A stretch of DNA of 64,000 bases from Cyanidioschyzon merolae (Eukaryota): NCBI GenBank assembly GCA_000091205.1, contig AP006491.2; one strand, written 5' to 3'. Positions within the stretch are counted from its first letter, which is position 1. Each line of letters begins with the position of its first letter. Below, in pieces: positions 1 to 10,967 of the stretch. The position numbers and the translations under genes were made by a program. A model generated the notes under the pieces. It saw only the letters and a list, made by a program, of their open reading frames with translations. It was not told the DNA's origin and did not search any database.

Positions 1-452
1 AGGCTGCGCGCTCGCATCATTCACGGACGTCGCTGCAACGCACCAACGAGAGCAGCAGCTCGAACGAGGGCTCTGCGTCCACACCGATGATGGGTCTGCC
101 CTGGCCGGCAGACTCGAACCATTTACAAGGCCATGATCATGTCATGCAGCCACCGGAAATGTGGCGTGTGCAGGCGCACGGTTTTCTCGTCGGACACCAG
201 ATGCACACCAATGATCATGGCGGCTGGTGGGTCGAGCGCTGGGGCCAACGCCGGGTCAATGCGAGCGGGCCACTCACTGGCGATGAGCGAAACGACTACG
301 TACGATTCGGGGACAAGTTCGGCATTGATCCGGACGGCTGCAGATGGTCGGAGTGGTGGCTTGAGTTACCAGAACGGCCGGGGGTTGCTCGTGGCTACAA
401 ATGGGGTCGCAAAACCAACGGCTCCGAGTGGAATGATCAGTGGGAGCGTTAA
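1..452 (+). CDS. partial hypothetical Trp-rich protein (ORF open to window start; 5' end outside window)
   Basis: Frame 3 is open from base 3 to the stop at 452. The translation is charge-balanced and Trp-rich (GWWVERWG, RWSEWWLE, YKWGRK, SEWNDQWE), unlike the Ala/Gly/Ser/Arg-rich alternative frames. No recognisable family. Confidence 0.2.
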   Translation, partial: AARSHHSRTSLQRTNESSSSNEGSASTPMMGLPWPADSNHLQGHDHVMQPPEMWRVQAHGFLVGHQMHTNDHGGWWVERWGQRRVNASGPLTGDERNDYVRFGDKFGIDPDGCRWSEWWLELPERPGVARGYKWGRKTNGSEWNDQWER

Positions 453-1728
453 CCAATGTCGCTCGTGTCGTCGTTTACGCGTGTACCTTCCATCATCTCT
501 TTTTTGAGGCCGTGTATATTTTTCAATACAAGAAATAATGGGCTTAACTCGCATATCGTGCTTTTTTTGGGGCGCTCTCTACTTGAAAGAAGGGCGAATC
601 GCAGGAAACTTTAAAAGCCGTTGCGACTGCACCAACAGCTCTATCGGTCCGCGAACAGCGCCACCCAAGGAACTTCGAACTGCCCGACTGGTTGCGCATA
701 CACTATCTTGCCGCAATCAGGCTCACTGCGCAGCGCTCCTTTAACCAGGTCACTGCGGATCCCGTGTGTCCGAGCTAGGGCGTCACGAACCAGGCCCGCA
801 CGGCGTCAATCACCAGCGGAGTCGCTCGCAGCACCAGAAAGTACGCTCCGAGGGTTAGCGCGTTCTGACGCATCGCCGCGTGAAGTTGTTCTTTTGTTGG
901 TTGTGCACTTGGTAGAGTGGCGGGATCCATGACGTTCACGTGTTGGCGTGCAGAGCGCGTCCAGCGTCCAGAGACAGCGGGCCGGGTGGCGGCATGGCGT
1001 GCGGGTTGCACACGCTTCGCCTTCTGGATAGGTACATTTATGCATCTTTATGGATGATTACGGACGTACTGACTTGCTCGCCTGCACATCGCGTCCGCTT
1101 CATGCAGCTCCGTTGAATGGTACATCCCTATATATTTTGGAATATTTATGCCAAATCGGAATAAAATGAACAGTCTTCGGTTCGACTCGCTTCGAACCGG
1201 CACATGGCGAGCTCCACGAATGATTTGCTTCACGACCGCTATACACTGCGCTGGGTTCGAAACACGTCGCTTGCGCCCTGCGAGAAGCATCCGTAGCGCG
1301 GATACCGCCTCGCTTCGTGCCGCAAGAGACGCAACACGAGAGAGATATCATTGTCGCGCACTTTAACGCTCGCATGCGGCTTCTGTGTGCCCCACGGGTG
1401 TAGGGGAGCTGGCTGCATGCTAATCAGGTGGCTCTGGTGTTCGGCCTCGACTAGCGCCTTTTTGTCCGTGCAGCATCCGCACCTGTTTAAGCAGCGGTGG
1501 TTTCACGCCCAACAGCGAAGCTGGAGCCTTGTATCGCGCACGCGGCGCACGCTCTGCCTGGACTTGCGTTTGAGGAGGCTCTTGGAAGCGAACAGAACGC
1601 TTCGATTGGTCGGCTCTGTTCTCGGCGGGCTTGCGCTGGTGCTTCACACGGGTGCGCCCCCAGTGCTACGAGGAAGCGATCACCACGCAACTGGATCACT
1701 TGGCTTCGTTGTGAAACGGACTCGCAAC

Positions 1729-1900
1729 ATGGCTTGGCGTGCATCTGGGCACACGAACGCTGAACTTGTTCACAACCTGAAACGTTTGGGTCTTATTGAG
1801 TCGCCGGTGGTCGAAAAGGCTTTTCTGGCAGTCGACCGAAAATACTTTGTGCCAGTTGGGCGGCCAGCATCGGTCTCTTTATCAACGCCAAGCACCTCAG

Positions 1901-1934
<34 letters not shown>

Positions 1935-2724
1935 CATGGAGCCATCTGCCTCTGCTACTGCGCAAGTTCGTGATGCGAGTGCACCGCAGCCGCCCGCAGC
2001 CAATGCGCCGTTGGGCGTGTTTCCTGGACGACAGCATGAGGAACGCGACGAATTTGCACAGAACGATCCGTATGAAGATAGCCCCCAGTATATTGGATAC
2101 TACGCGACGATCTCGGCACCGCACATCCAGGCGATGTGCGCGGAGCTGCTGCGTTCACACATCGGTCGCCCCGGGGCGCGCGTATTGGATGTCGGCAGTG
2201 GGACCGGCTACCTGACGGCCATCTTTGCAAAATTAGGCGAGTTTACACTGCAGTTGTCGGACGCAACCGAGGATATTGCAGCACCGACGCCAGCGACAAC
2301 GAGAGCGCTGCTTCCTCGCGTCTTCGGCATCGATCACGTTCGTCCGCTTGTGGAGGCATCACTGCAGAACATTCGGCTGAGCAATCCAGAGCTAATCGAT
2401 GAGCAACGGGTTGCTTTCAAGGCCGATGATGGACGGCTAGGTTGGCCCGAATATGCTCCCTTTGATGCCATTCATGTTGGTGCAGCTGCGGACGTTGTGC
2501 CGCGAGCGCTGCTGGAGCAACTCAAGCCCGGAGGTCGAATGGTAATCCCCATTGGACCCGAGGGTGGCGATCAGAAACTCGTGGCGATTGATCGCGACGA
2601 AACAGATCCATCCAAGTACATTCAAAAAGATATAACGGGTGTTCGCTACGTTCCGTTATGCGATTTGGCGTATCAGTGGCAGGGCGCCCTTAATGCGGAC
2701 ACCGAAGAGGAAGAGAAACTGTGA
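1729..2724 (+). CDS. PCMT: protein-L-isoaspartate (D-aspartate) O-methyltransferase
   Basis: N-terminus MAWRASGHTNAELVHNLKRLGLI matches the eukaryotic PCMT N-terminus (MAWKSGG..SELIHNLRKNGII). AdoMet-binding motif VLDVGSGTGYLTAIFAKLG and C-terminal LKPGGRMVIPIG..QKL...RYVPL are present. The ORF-track start at 1351 is a TTG; the first conserved ATG is 1729. Single exon. Confidence 0.9.
1913..1934 (+). repeat. (CAG)n microsatellite encoding an 11-residue poly-Gln insert inside the PCMT CDS
   Basis: gcagcagcagcagcagcagcagcagcagcag read directly; translates to QQQQQQQQQQQ within ORF 1351..2724. Confidence 0.8.
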
Positions 2725-3580
2725 CGGGTCCTGGTGTTCGAGTTCGCGAACTGCAGTGAAGGCGCGTCATTTTACACGTGCTTTCGAAGGGATGCTTGGA
2801 TTGCTTCCGGAGGTTTCCAGCAACGCTAGGGAAAGCAACTTGGCGACCCGCGAGCGCCTCTGAGCCACAATACCACATGGCACGCTTCGCTGGGTGCTTT
2901 CGAATGCCATTTTCCGGCATCGAGCATTTGGACACCGGACCATGACATCAGGGATGCTTGAATTGATGTTCAGGGATACGTGGAGCGACAGCGTGCGCAT
3001 ACATTGTTCAGGTTTCTGTGCGGCGTACTGCAGAGGTTTGTACATGGGCGATGCCCTTGGTTGCTCACACCGAAGAGATAGCGCTTAGGATACGGCGCTC
3101 GCTTTCAATGGTGCCGTTCATATCATCGGTGATGTTTCGTAGTGCCGCTGGCTTTGGACCTGTCATGCGAGCCTGCGTGCGTTCGTCTTCTCGTATGATC
3201 TTTAGAGAGAGGTAGCGCCAGTGACCGCAGTATTGCTATGCGAGCTTGCATCGTTGCTTTCGGTATCGCTGGTATTCTCTAAATACGCTGGCGATTGCAG
3301 ATCGATTGTGCCAAGGAGATGATGCCGTGAACCTTGTGTTCATCCTGCGCTTTCGTTTTAGGGGCACCATCCGCTGCGTCCTCGCTGACGAAGCGGCCTC
3401 GTGTCCGTTCTGGTGACCGTACCGTCTTTAGGTCGCTGGGTCGCGGAAAGGATATCCCTGAACTGTGAAGGGTACTTCTGGGAAACATATATGTACAAAA
3501 AAGTTTTGATTTGTAAAACAAGTCACCCGTGCGCAACGCAGCGAAAATGTCTCGCGACGATAGGGGAAACGAATACCGTT

Positions 3581-4046
3581 GTGCAGACGCCTCCTATCCG
3601 GTTTTGACTGGACACCTCTTATCGGTTTCAGTTTTTCCTTGCAAACTTCGAGCCTCAGAGGCTGGCCCGCAAAACTTCGCTCGCTTCAGCTCCGCAGGGC
3701 TCGTCTTCAAGATCGGCACATCGCCTGATATTGATCGCAGCCTTAAAGCCTCGGTGTACGAGCTCCATGCGTTTATTGCCACTGGTTGCATACACCAATG
3801 CATGGAGTCCTCGAACTCGAACCCTGAGTGTCACTGCGGTCTCGTCATGGTCCCGTCGGGCACACACGGTTCCTCGCCTATCGCCCATCTTCTTCTTCAC
3901 CACGTGCTCTCCTTCGCTCGACAGTCGGTGAGGAGCGGATTTTTCCGTTTCTTGTCGAACCTCTGGATGGCAGGCCCCTGGGATCCTCGACTTCCACGTC
4001 CATACCATTCCCTTGAATTTTTTACGTCTTCAAATGAACGCACTTG
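3581..4046 (-). mobile_element. miniature Fanzor/TnpB-derived non-autonomous element, copy F1 (~466 bp)
   Basis: Minus-strand frame reads ..GNKRMELVHRGFKAAINIRRCADL.. (ORF 3655..4008), homologous to the C-terminus of the large element protein (KKRMEFVNRDFNAAINIRRCAV). 5' end cttcaaatgaacgcacttgg (4029-4048, rc ccaagtgcgttcatttgaag) matches the 5' terminus of copies A, C, F2 and F3. 3' end ...ggaggcgtctgcac (rc at 3581-3594) matches the shared right-end core. Flanks outside are unique. Confidence 0.7.
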
Positions 4047-4106
4047 GAACGAGTCTGCTGTACACCGTGAACAAGCATTTGTTTACACGCACCTGGGCGC
4101 GGCACG

Positions 4107-5240
4107 TCATTGACATGAAAGACCAAAAGAGATTCGACGCTCACCAGAGCAGACCCCTGACGAACTCGGTGGGTCGTCGGCTTGCGCCCGCTGGGTCGAA
4201 CGTTGACCAGTTAGCAAAGCAAGAGCCTGCTGCAGCTCCTTCACTGCGGTCTCGTCGTCGTCGAACTCTGCTGCGCTCAGCGCTGACCGCACATGTCGCC
4301 TAAAGGCGTGCCGCGTGCCCGCTGTGACCCCGTTCCCAGGCGAACCGAGCATATCATCTATGGATTCTCTGCGTTTCCTTTCCTGTGAGGTCTCATTCGG
4401 AGACTGCGCTGATAACGGCTGCAGCGAAGCCGGCGCCTGCCTCTCGCTGCCAGCCGCTCCGTCGAACGCTTCCTGGCTGCGGCTAGTGATGCACTGCTGG
4501 TGCGTCGACGTTGGAGGCGGGCTTTCATCGTCGTCCACAGACTGGGGCGAGGCATCAGATCCCTCCGGACTTACAACACCGGTACTGTTCTGTTTGCCAA
4601 GGCTCGAAGACGAGCCCTTGTCTGGCACCGGTGCAGTACGTACGCTTTGGGTGACTTCCACACACTCGACATTGTCTTGCGTTGACTCCCGAAGCGCTCT
4701 TCGAGTCATCACGCACTTGTATTGAGCATATCGAATCTGCTGGGAAAGCTGGTCCCAGAACTCAGCTGATACTGCTGCGCCAGTACCCCCAGTGCTTGTT
4801 TCCGAGTCCTCGCGCCCCCGGAACTGTTCCAGCGCTTGCAGGAAGATAGACGCGGCATAAAACTTCGCAGCTGTCTCTGGGGCGGGTTTTCGTGAGATGG
4901 ACTCCTTCTCAGCTCTTTCAAATATTCGCGACGCAAAGCGGTGCAAGTACTCCAGCGGAGTATGCCGAAAAATCGACGACCACTCCCTAGAGGAGAGGAT
5001 TCGTGCCTTCAATGCCTCCAGATCGTTCATTTCCTTTGAGAGAAAAGCAGCAATCCGCTTTTGTTCATTTGTATGGGTCAACTGCCGGCGAATGCCAAGG
5101 CCCTGCTCTACAGCATACAAACGAGTGAAGTACGAGACTACAGGTTCAATGTGGGCAACCTCGCGGCCCCGCGCAAAAAACGGGTACAGGCCCTGCAGCG
5201 CGTCAGGGACGTCTGCTATACCGTCGAGCTCGCTTTCCAT
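4107..5240 (-). CDS. VTA1: Vta1/LIP5-like protein (ESCRT-III/Vps4 cofactor family), tentative
   Basis: N-terminal region LYPFFARGREVAHIEPVVSYFTRLYAVEQGLGI...KEMNDLEALKARI resembles the Vta1 N-terminal domain (PVVAYYCRLYAMQTGMKI...LMDQLEALKKQL). A C-terminal ..AVKELQQALALLT resembles the Vta1 VSL tail. Start moved to the ATG at 5240-5238, because ORF-track residues 1-60 (from a TTG at 5420) are the 3' flank of Fanzor copy A. Confidence 0.5.
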   Translation of the reverse strand: MESELDGIADVPDALQGLYPFFARGREVAHIEPVVSYFTRLYAVEQGLGIRRQLTHTNEQKRIAAFLSKEMNDLEALKARILSSREWSSIFRHTPLEYLHRFASRIFERAEKESISRKPAPETAAKFYAASIFLQALEQFRGREDSETSTGGTGAAVSAEFWDQLSQQIRYAQYKCVMTRRALRESTQDNVECVEVTQSVRTAPVPDKGSSSSLGKQNSTGVVSPEGSDASPQSVDDDESPPPTSTHQQCITSRSQEAFDGAAGSERQAPASLQPLSAQSPNETSQERKRRESIDDMLGSPGNGVTAGTRHAFRRHVRSALSAAEFDDDETAVKELQQALALLTGQRSTQRAQADDPPSSSGVCSGERRISFGLSCQ

Positions 5241-5269
5241 GCTGCGACCACACTCCTGCAAACAAACGT

Positions 5270-7790
5270 CTTTCAAAACAAAAACGCTGTCGCCAGCGGT
5301 GTACCGTAGTGGCAGTGAACGCGCCCTAGACAAGGAGTCTCCAACTGACGTGCAGACGTCTCCCAGTTTTTTTCGACCGGCCACCTCATACAGGATACAA
5401 CTTTTTCTCATATAGTTCAACTTTCAGAGGTTGTCCAATAAAGTCCCTTCTTGTGGACTCTGGAGGTCTCGTCTCCAACACCGCACATCTCCTGATATTG
5501 ATAGCGGCGTTACAGTCTCGGTTCAAAAACTCCATACGTTTCTTGCCATTGATTGTACTTACGAATGGAAGTAGTCCCCGAACTTTCGCTCTCCTTTCCA
5601 TTTGTTCATCTGTCAGCGCTCTATACTTTTTTATATCCTCAGGGCTCCTCTGGAACTTTTCCATCTCGATCCTCTGGAGTGCACAGCCCAGTTCGTGGTG
5701 TGTGATTACGATGTCCGGAACTCATCTATCGGTATGGTCACGAAACCGTCTGCGCACTCCTTGCACGTTCTTGTCAACGGTGCTGGTATGCTCTCTCTTT
5801 GGGTCACCCGCCGTCCTGCTCCATACGTTACCACGAGCCTCTGACTCTTGTCCTCCTTGAGGATGCTCAACTCATTGAAAAAGCTGGTCAACGCATGCTC
5901 CCTTCCCACAATACAAGCTCAAACACAGACGAGCTCACGGAAGTTTGGTGTACGCTTTCCACAGCGCCTCGTCATGCGCAGCTTGAGTGTCCATGACCTC
6001 TGGAAAATCTTGAAAATCCGCATGTCGGATCGTCACCTCGCTCATAGCTTCCCTGTGATCCTTCATTCCTGCATTCCATGTCTCAATTTTCTTCCCTGCA
6101 TTCATGATTCCCGATTCTCGATAGTATCTCGCGCTCGAGAGCCTCAAAAGTCGCATATCTCTCTGACGTACTCTACCCTCAGTATCATCTTCCGCACGCT
6201 TGGGTACAGCGATGGTAATGATATTCGTGTTTCCGGGGTCCGCGCCGACGACAAAGTCGTTCTCCTGCACCTTGTTCGTCGTAGGACACGCCTTCTTGTT
6301 ATCTTCGTGCTCCGCCGACGGCGATATCGAGGACGAAACAGGACGAGCTGCCTTCAACTGCCGATCGTGAACACACTAGGATACTCCATCGGTTTCGATG
6401 ATGCCCGTGAATACCGTTTTCTTGCTCGTTTCGAGACGCTCGAAATCGAAGATATTCTTCCAGGGCTTCTCGTGGTTTTCACCGGTGAACCCTGTCTTCC
6501 TTACATCGAACCCCCGGACAGATCTCCTTCATGATGCCGTAGAGGACTCCGGCGTCGATCGTTCCAAAATCGAACTTGATGATGCATAATGGAACGACGT
6601 TGAAGCGCTTCCCCATTAGGGTCGCCCACCGCTTCAACGACTCTTCGTTTGCTTCCTCACCGTGCTCCATATCCGCCTCGGGATCGAGTTGTCGGTCCAG
6701 AAACACGAAATATCGCACGACGAGGCGATCGCATCTTTCCTTGATGTTTTTCAACTCTGATATCTTTTCTGCTGGATTCGGCATCCCCAGCACCGCACGG
6801 TGCTCTCCTATAACCGCACGGATGACAGAAGCTTCGTTCGTGCTCTCGTTCGACGCCTTCGCTCCGACGAATTCGATCTCATCTTCATTCTGACTATCGT
6901 TCGCGATGCCATTGATGCTGGCCTTTGTCGCTCTGCAAGACGGGCCCGCGTCCAGCGCAGACACGGCGCGTATCATGAAACGTTCGAGGTTCACGGTCAT
7001 GCGGTTCTTCAGGTTCTCGTGGTGCTTCATTGCCCCGTATTCGTAAATATCCGCGTCACCCTTGTATCGAGTACCGTTGGAGCGGTATTTCGCGAAGTTT
7101 TCGTGGAGGGCATACATTCGCGCATTTCTCCTCGACGTTTCCCGCGTGCCAATCACCAGATGACGAATACAGGTCTTGTCGAAAAATTCTTCCGGAACCT
7201 CGACTGTTTTGGTGTCCATCACGTCGCGATACATATCTCTCGCGATATGCATCAGTGCTACAGCAGCGTTACAAACACGCATAGAGTGCGACTCGAAACG
7301 GGGTCTGATGGCCTCTTGGAGCTTTTCCGTGTACGGATCCCTGATGTGTTTATGAAGACAGGCTTTCACCAGCATCTCGTGATATTATCGTCTTTCTCGC
7401 ATCCATCGACGTCGGGCCTCCCGCCGTAACTTCTCCTTCTTGTCTCGTTCCGCTTTGCTCGGCTCTGTTTTTCATTTTTCCCCGGCAGCCGGCAACACCA
7501 GGCCTCCAGGATCCTCCATTTCCATTACTTTCCATTTTTATGATAAGAATGCACTTTGAAAGCGTTTGCTATGAACCACGAAAAATCACTTGACCATAAT
7601 ACTGTAAGGGCTGAAACACGAATGAATCGCAAGACTATATTTTGCTATGACTTCAACGCAAATACACCTTTTTCCCGTAGAAAAACACGCTGCTGATCAG
7701 CATCGCGTTTCCTTTCAATGGCGGCATGCGCGTCGTTTCTCATGTCAACCAGATATGGTCATATGCTTGTGGACCGCGATGCGTAAAGGT
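5270..7790 (-). mobile_element. Fanzor (eukaryotic TnpB-like) element copy A, degraded; core 5350..7593 plus flanks shared with copy C
   Basis: Protein in ORFs 6479..7375, 5935..6357, 5706..5909, 5386..5664 (minus). Right-end core ctgggagacgtctgcac (rc at 5350-5364). 5'-end core tcaagtgatttttcg (rc at 7579-7593). About 190 nt upstream and ~85 nt downstream flank are ~80-85% identical to the flanks of copy C. Confidence 0.75.
5386..7375 (-). pseudogene. TnpB/Fanzor-like RuvC nuclease gene, disrupted (one frameshift near 6479, in-frame TAG near 6360, further frame breaks)
   Basis: Four ORF pieces in different frames. Motifs: [17 protein letters not shown] (RuvC-I-like), [54 protein letters not shown] (TnpB RuvC-III-like DxNAAxNI). 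Translating the minus strand across 6361-6480 gives [34 protein letters not shown] where copy C continues ..[14 protein letters not shown]..., i.e. TAG in place of ATG. Confidence 0.7.
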
Positions 7791-8529
7791 GTCCAGTTTG
7801 TGCATTACAGGAAAAGTCAATAACCGCGTTCTGTTTTATGTTCATCGCTCTCGTGTGCAGCGCAGTTGCGTTGCCTGTTCTCCGTCAAACAATGCTGGGC
7901 AGTGGACCGAACGCTTTTGTGCCGTCGACTGGTAGAAAAGGTTCGGAACGAGCTCGAGCAGCGGTTCTGGCTATAGCGCTTCAACGGATAGCTCTGCAAT
8001 GTCTGCATACGTTTCATCGAATGAGAGCACTGCCCCGCGGGACACGGCGCCGACGCTGGGTGGTGGTCTCTTCGCCGGCGTCCTGCCGAGTCCGAGTATG
8101 ATGCCCAGCCCCAGCATGACAGCCAGCCTAGGTGCTGGCGTTGTTATGATGACAGCCGGGTGAACTAGCATATGTTTGTGAGCAGGATTGCGACTCGCTT
8201 GAGTATTCGAGGCAATGCTCGGTCAAAATGCTCGCATCACGGTTCCCGTACTCATATCGATCTCACGTTCTTTGACCGGGAAATGGTACGGTACTGGTGT
8301 CAGCGGGCGCAGGAAGACCCACTCGTAGATTTTTATGGCGGCTCCAGTGACGTTCCAATCTCTGGACAATGTCATCATCACTAGCACGCCCGTGGGGACT
8401 GTATCACGGCAAGAAAACATGGAATGAAGAGGGAGCTTCCATGCGGAATCTGCTGTAAATGCTTTCCAGGTTTTCTAGCATCATCATTCAGCAGCATTCG
8501 CGCCAGGCTGAAAACCCTGTCCTTTACGT

Positions 8530-10092
8530 TCAACTGCCCAGAGATTGCGTTGATACCCGCTGCGGTGTATAGTAGAGAACGGCGCGCTCGTTCCGCGGTT
8601 GCAACGGGCGCACGTTTGGTTGGCCCCGCTGCGCTGCCAGGATGCGGTCCACAATTCGCTGTGGCAACGAGTCACGATGGGTCAACACAATCCACTTGAT
8701 GTTCTCGGAGCAAGGCGGGGTCGTCAGGCTGCCTCGGTAATAGAAGAAGCTGGGCCGTGCCTCAGGGTCCAGCTCCTCGGCGGCCAGCGCCACGCCTGAC
8801 TCGATTTCTCCGGCTGGCGATCGTGATGCCAATGAACGTGCAGTGCTTTCTCGCAAGAGCGTATCCGCAAAATTGAATTCCACGAAGCGTGTGGTTCTCA
8901 GTCTACCGGGCCGAGATGGTGCCGTTTGGCTGGTCGCTGTGCTCGATGGTGGTAGCGACGAGTTCGATGCATCGGCGACCAGAGACTCAACGGGGATACT
9001 GGCACGCGTAGCGCCGGCGGCTGCTGAGGTGTAGGTCAGCGAGGTCTCGCCATTCGTTGCGCCTGCATCCTTCTGTGCCGGAGGCTGACCAGCTGGTGCT
9101 TCATCCAGCAGTGAGAGCAGCTCATCAAGCCAGCGTGGAACCGGTGTATCAGGCGCGCCTACTGCCGCTGCGTCCGCACCGCTTCCGTCGCTCGCTGGGT
9201 TCGCCTCGGGAACCGCACGCCAGATGCGACCAATCACGGCAACATCGTTCTCATCCGCCACGTTCCGAAACACGGCGTGCATTTCGAGGTCACCACGGAA
9301 ACGTTCGATGACATGCTCGCTCTGAGGTGCGTGGAAGTGAATGTTCACCAGGCGGTACTGTTGCACTTGTGCGTCGCTGAGTTTGACTGGAGTCGGCGCC
9401 TCAGTTGCCGCGACCGATGTGCCATCGCCATCAGTCACCTTGGGGAGCTCTGGAGGGAGCTCTCGCAACGTCAAGGTCGCTGCTGGAAGCGGCGCTTCAA
9501 AGCCAGTGTCCTGTGGTAATTCACCGCCAACGGGCGGTGAAAGCGGAATATACTGCTCGAACGTCGCCGTCGGCGGGTGGATATCTAGTGGAGACGGCTC
9601 GAAGCGTTTCCACTGCGCAACTTGACTGGTTATGTCGAAGGGAGCGGCCGCAGTTGAGTATTCGAAACGCAACGCTTCTCGCTCCGAGAGCGCTATTGGC
9701 GACTGGAAACGTCCACAAGAGCACAGACGGTATGCATCAGCGAGACCACCCCACTTGGACGGCCCTCGCTCTGAACCGTAATCCCAGCAGAGGTTCTGGT
9801 TGGCTGCAGCAGCCTGCGGGCTCTGCACGTCAGGCACCTGCGCTTGCGTGTACGTTTGCATTGGACTAGCTCCGTCTTGGTTGCTCGGAGCGTTCACAGC
9901 ACCTGCCGATTGTGCAGTGTCGCACTGTGCGTGCACGAGTTCAGGTTTGCCTAGAAGAAGCGCCGTGGAAAGCAGCACTACGGCCGCTCCTCGATCCCGC
10001 GAGAGCGCTATTCGCAATAGTCTCTCGGAGCCGCTTCCGAAATGAGTTGTCTCTATGCAATGAAAGACAACGGCATGCGGCGATGCGTGCAC
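8530..10092 (-). CDS. alpha-carbonic anhydrase with N-terminal targeting-like extension (secretory or thylakoid-lumen type); start codon unresolved
   Basis: Alpha-CA signatures: NLCWDYG..GPSKWG, Zn ligands in VNIHFHAPQSEH and EMHAVF, YRGSLTTPPCSENIKWIVL, NVRPLQPRN. A Cys pair (NLCW / TPPC) is typical of disulfide-bearing extracytosolic alpha-CAs. Hydrophobic stretch AAVVLLSTALLLG then VHA-Q near the N-terminus. The ORF-track start at 10092 is GTG, and there is no in-frame ATG between it and the upstream stop at 10204-10206. Confidence 0.8.
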   Translation of the reverse strand: MHASPHAVVFHCIETTHFGSGSERLLRIALSRDRGAAVVLLSTALLLGKPELVHAQCDTAQSAGAVNAPSNQDGASPMQTYTQAQVPDVQSPQAAAANQNLCWDYGSERGPSKWGGLADAYRLCSCGRFQSPIALSEREALRFEYSTAAAPFDITSQVAQWKRFEPSPLDIHPPTATFEQYIPLSPPVGGELPQDTGFEAPLPAATLTLRELPPELPKVTDGDGTSVAATEAPTPVKLSDAQVQQYRLVNIHFHAPQSEHVIERFRGDLEMHAVFRNVADENDVAVIGRIWRAVPEANPASDGSGADAAAVGAPDTPVPRWLDELLSLLDEAPAGQPPAQKDAGATNGETSLTYTSAAAGATRASIPVESLVADASNSSLPPSSTATSQTAPSRPGRLRTTRFVEFNFADTLLRESTARSLASRSPAGEIESGVALAAEELDPEARPSFFYYRGSLTTPPCSENIKWIVLTHRDSLPQRIVDRILAAQRGQPNVRPLQPRNERAVLYYTPQRVSTQSLGS

Positions 10093-10967
10093 CGCGCGAG
10101 ACGCTACGCCGATCGACGAAGGACACGTGTCCGACGCCGCATTGGCACATGCGTGTTCGAACCTGCGTACTGCACTTGAAATCCGGTGTCCTATATCGGA
10201 AACTCACGTAGAATGCTCTCTTGCGCTAGGCGCTATCGCTGGTGTCGACGCTCCTGCCCATCTCAGTACCGCCCTGAAGCACAGTCGGTGTTGTGGCAGG
10301 CTTGGATCCCGATCATGCTTCCAGAAGACGCGTAGCGTTCGCAGCGGCGTTCGCTTGTGTGGATGAGGTATGCATCTCTCCACTCAACAGGAGTTTCGTT
10401 AGGTTTATTGATCGTAACCAAACTAGGCACGGTATGGCTCCTGAACTCGTATATACGTTTTTTGTGATGCTTGTAATGCATGCCGCACGGACGCTGCAAT
10501 GAGGAACTGATTTGAATTGTGCTTCTATCCGGCGTTATGCACTGTCGACAATGACATTGCTTATCGTTGGCATGCTGTCGTCGTGGTCAAAGTTATGATG
10601 GCCGCTACGTCCCCCGGATCCGGTGATCTTGCTAGAGGCATCGCGCATGCGGCGTCTAAATGTACCTTGACGTCTGAGCCTCGCATTTCGCCTGGCACGA
10701 TCGAGGCACATGACAAAATCACATACTGTATTCTGCTCTACTCTATCCGTTTACTGCCAATGGCGTTACTTATATGTAGTGGTGGAATCGCCAAACCGTA
10801 AACTTTCACGTACCACCGCCCGTTCCATATGCTCCCGGATACTCAGTGGCTACCCGTTGATTTTCCACTCGCATTAATCATATCGCGGAGCGTATGGATT
10901 TTCTTTCTTTTACTGCTCAACGGAGCCGAAAAGTTCATCGACCAAGAAGAGTATACATATCTACAAC

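Noticed and set aside
1351-1728. N-terminal 126 residues of ORF 1351..2724 upstream of the PCMT domain
   Set aside because: The ORF-track start at 1351 is TTG. The conserved PCMT N-terminus begins exactly at the ATG at 1729 (MAWRASG...), so the upstream part is treated as 5' leader.
4107-5420. First 60 residues of ORF 4107..5420 (MNYMRKSCILYEVAGRKKLGDV...)
   Set aside because: This stretch is the reverse-complemented 3' flank and right end of Fanzor copy A, reached from a TTG. The host Vta1-like gene more plausibly starts at the ATG at 5240.
5909-6480. Frame breaks in Fanzor copies as possible introns
   Set aside because: The breaks are a 1-nt-class frameshift and an in-frame TAG aligned to an ATG in copy C, with no GT..AG-bounded insert. 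The host genes here are intronless. Decay is the simpler explanation.
5848-6534. 228-aa plus-strand ORF (and its twin at 33437..34123) inside the Fanzor copies
   Set aside because: It lies antisense to the TnpB-like reading frame, which carries the recognisable motifs. Its composition (Ser/Arg/Leu-rich) is typical of an antisense frame. It is duplicated only because the element is.
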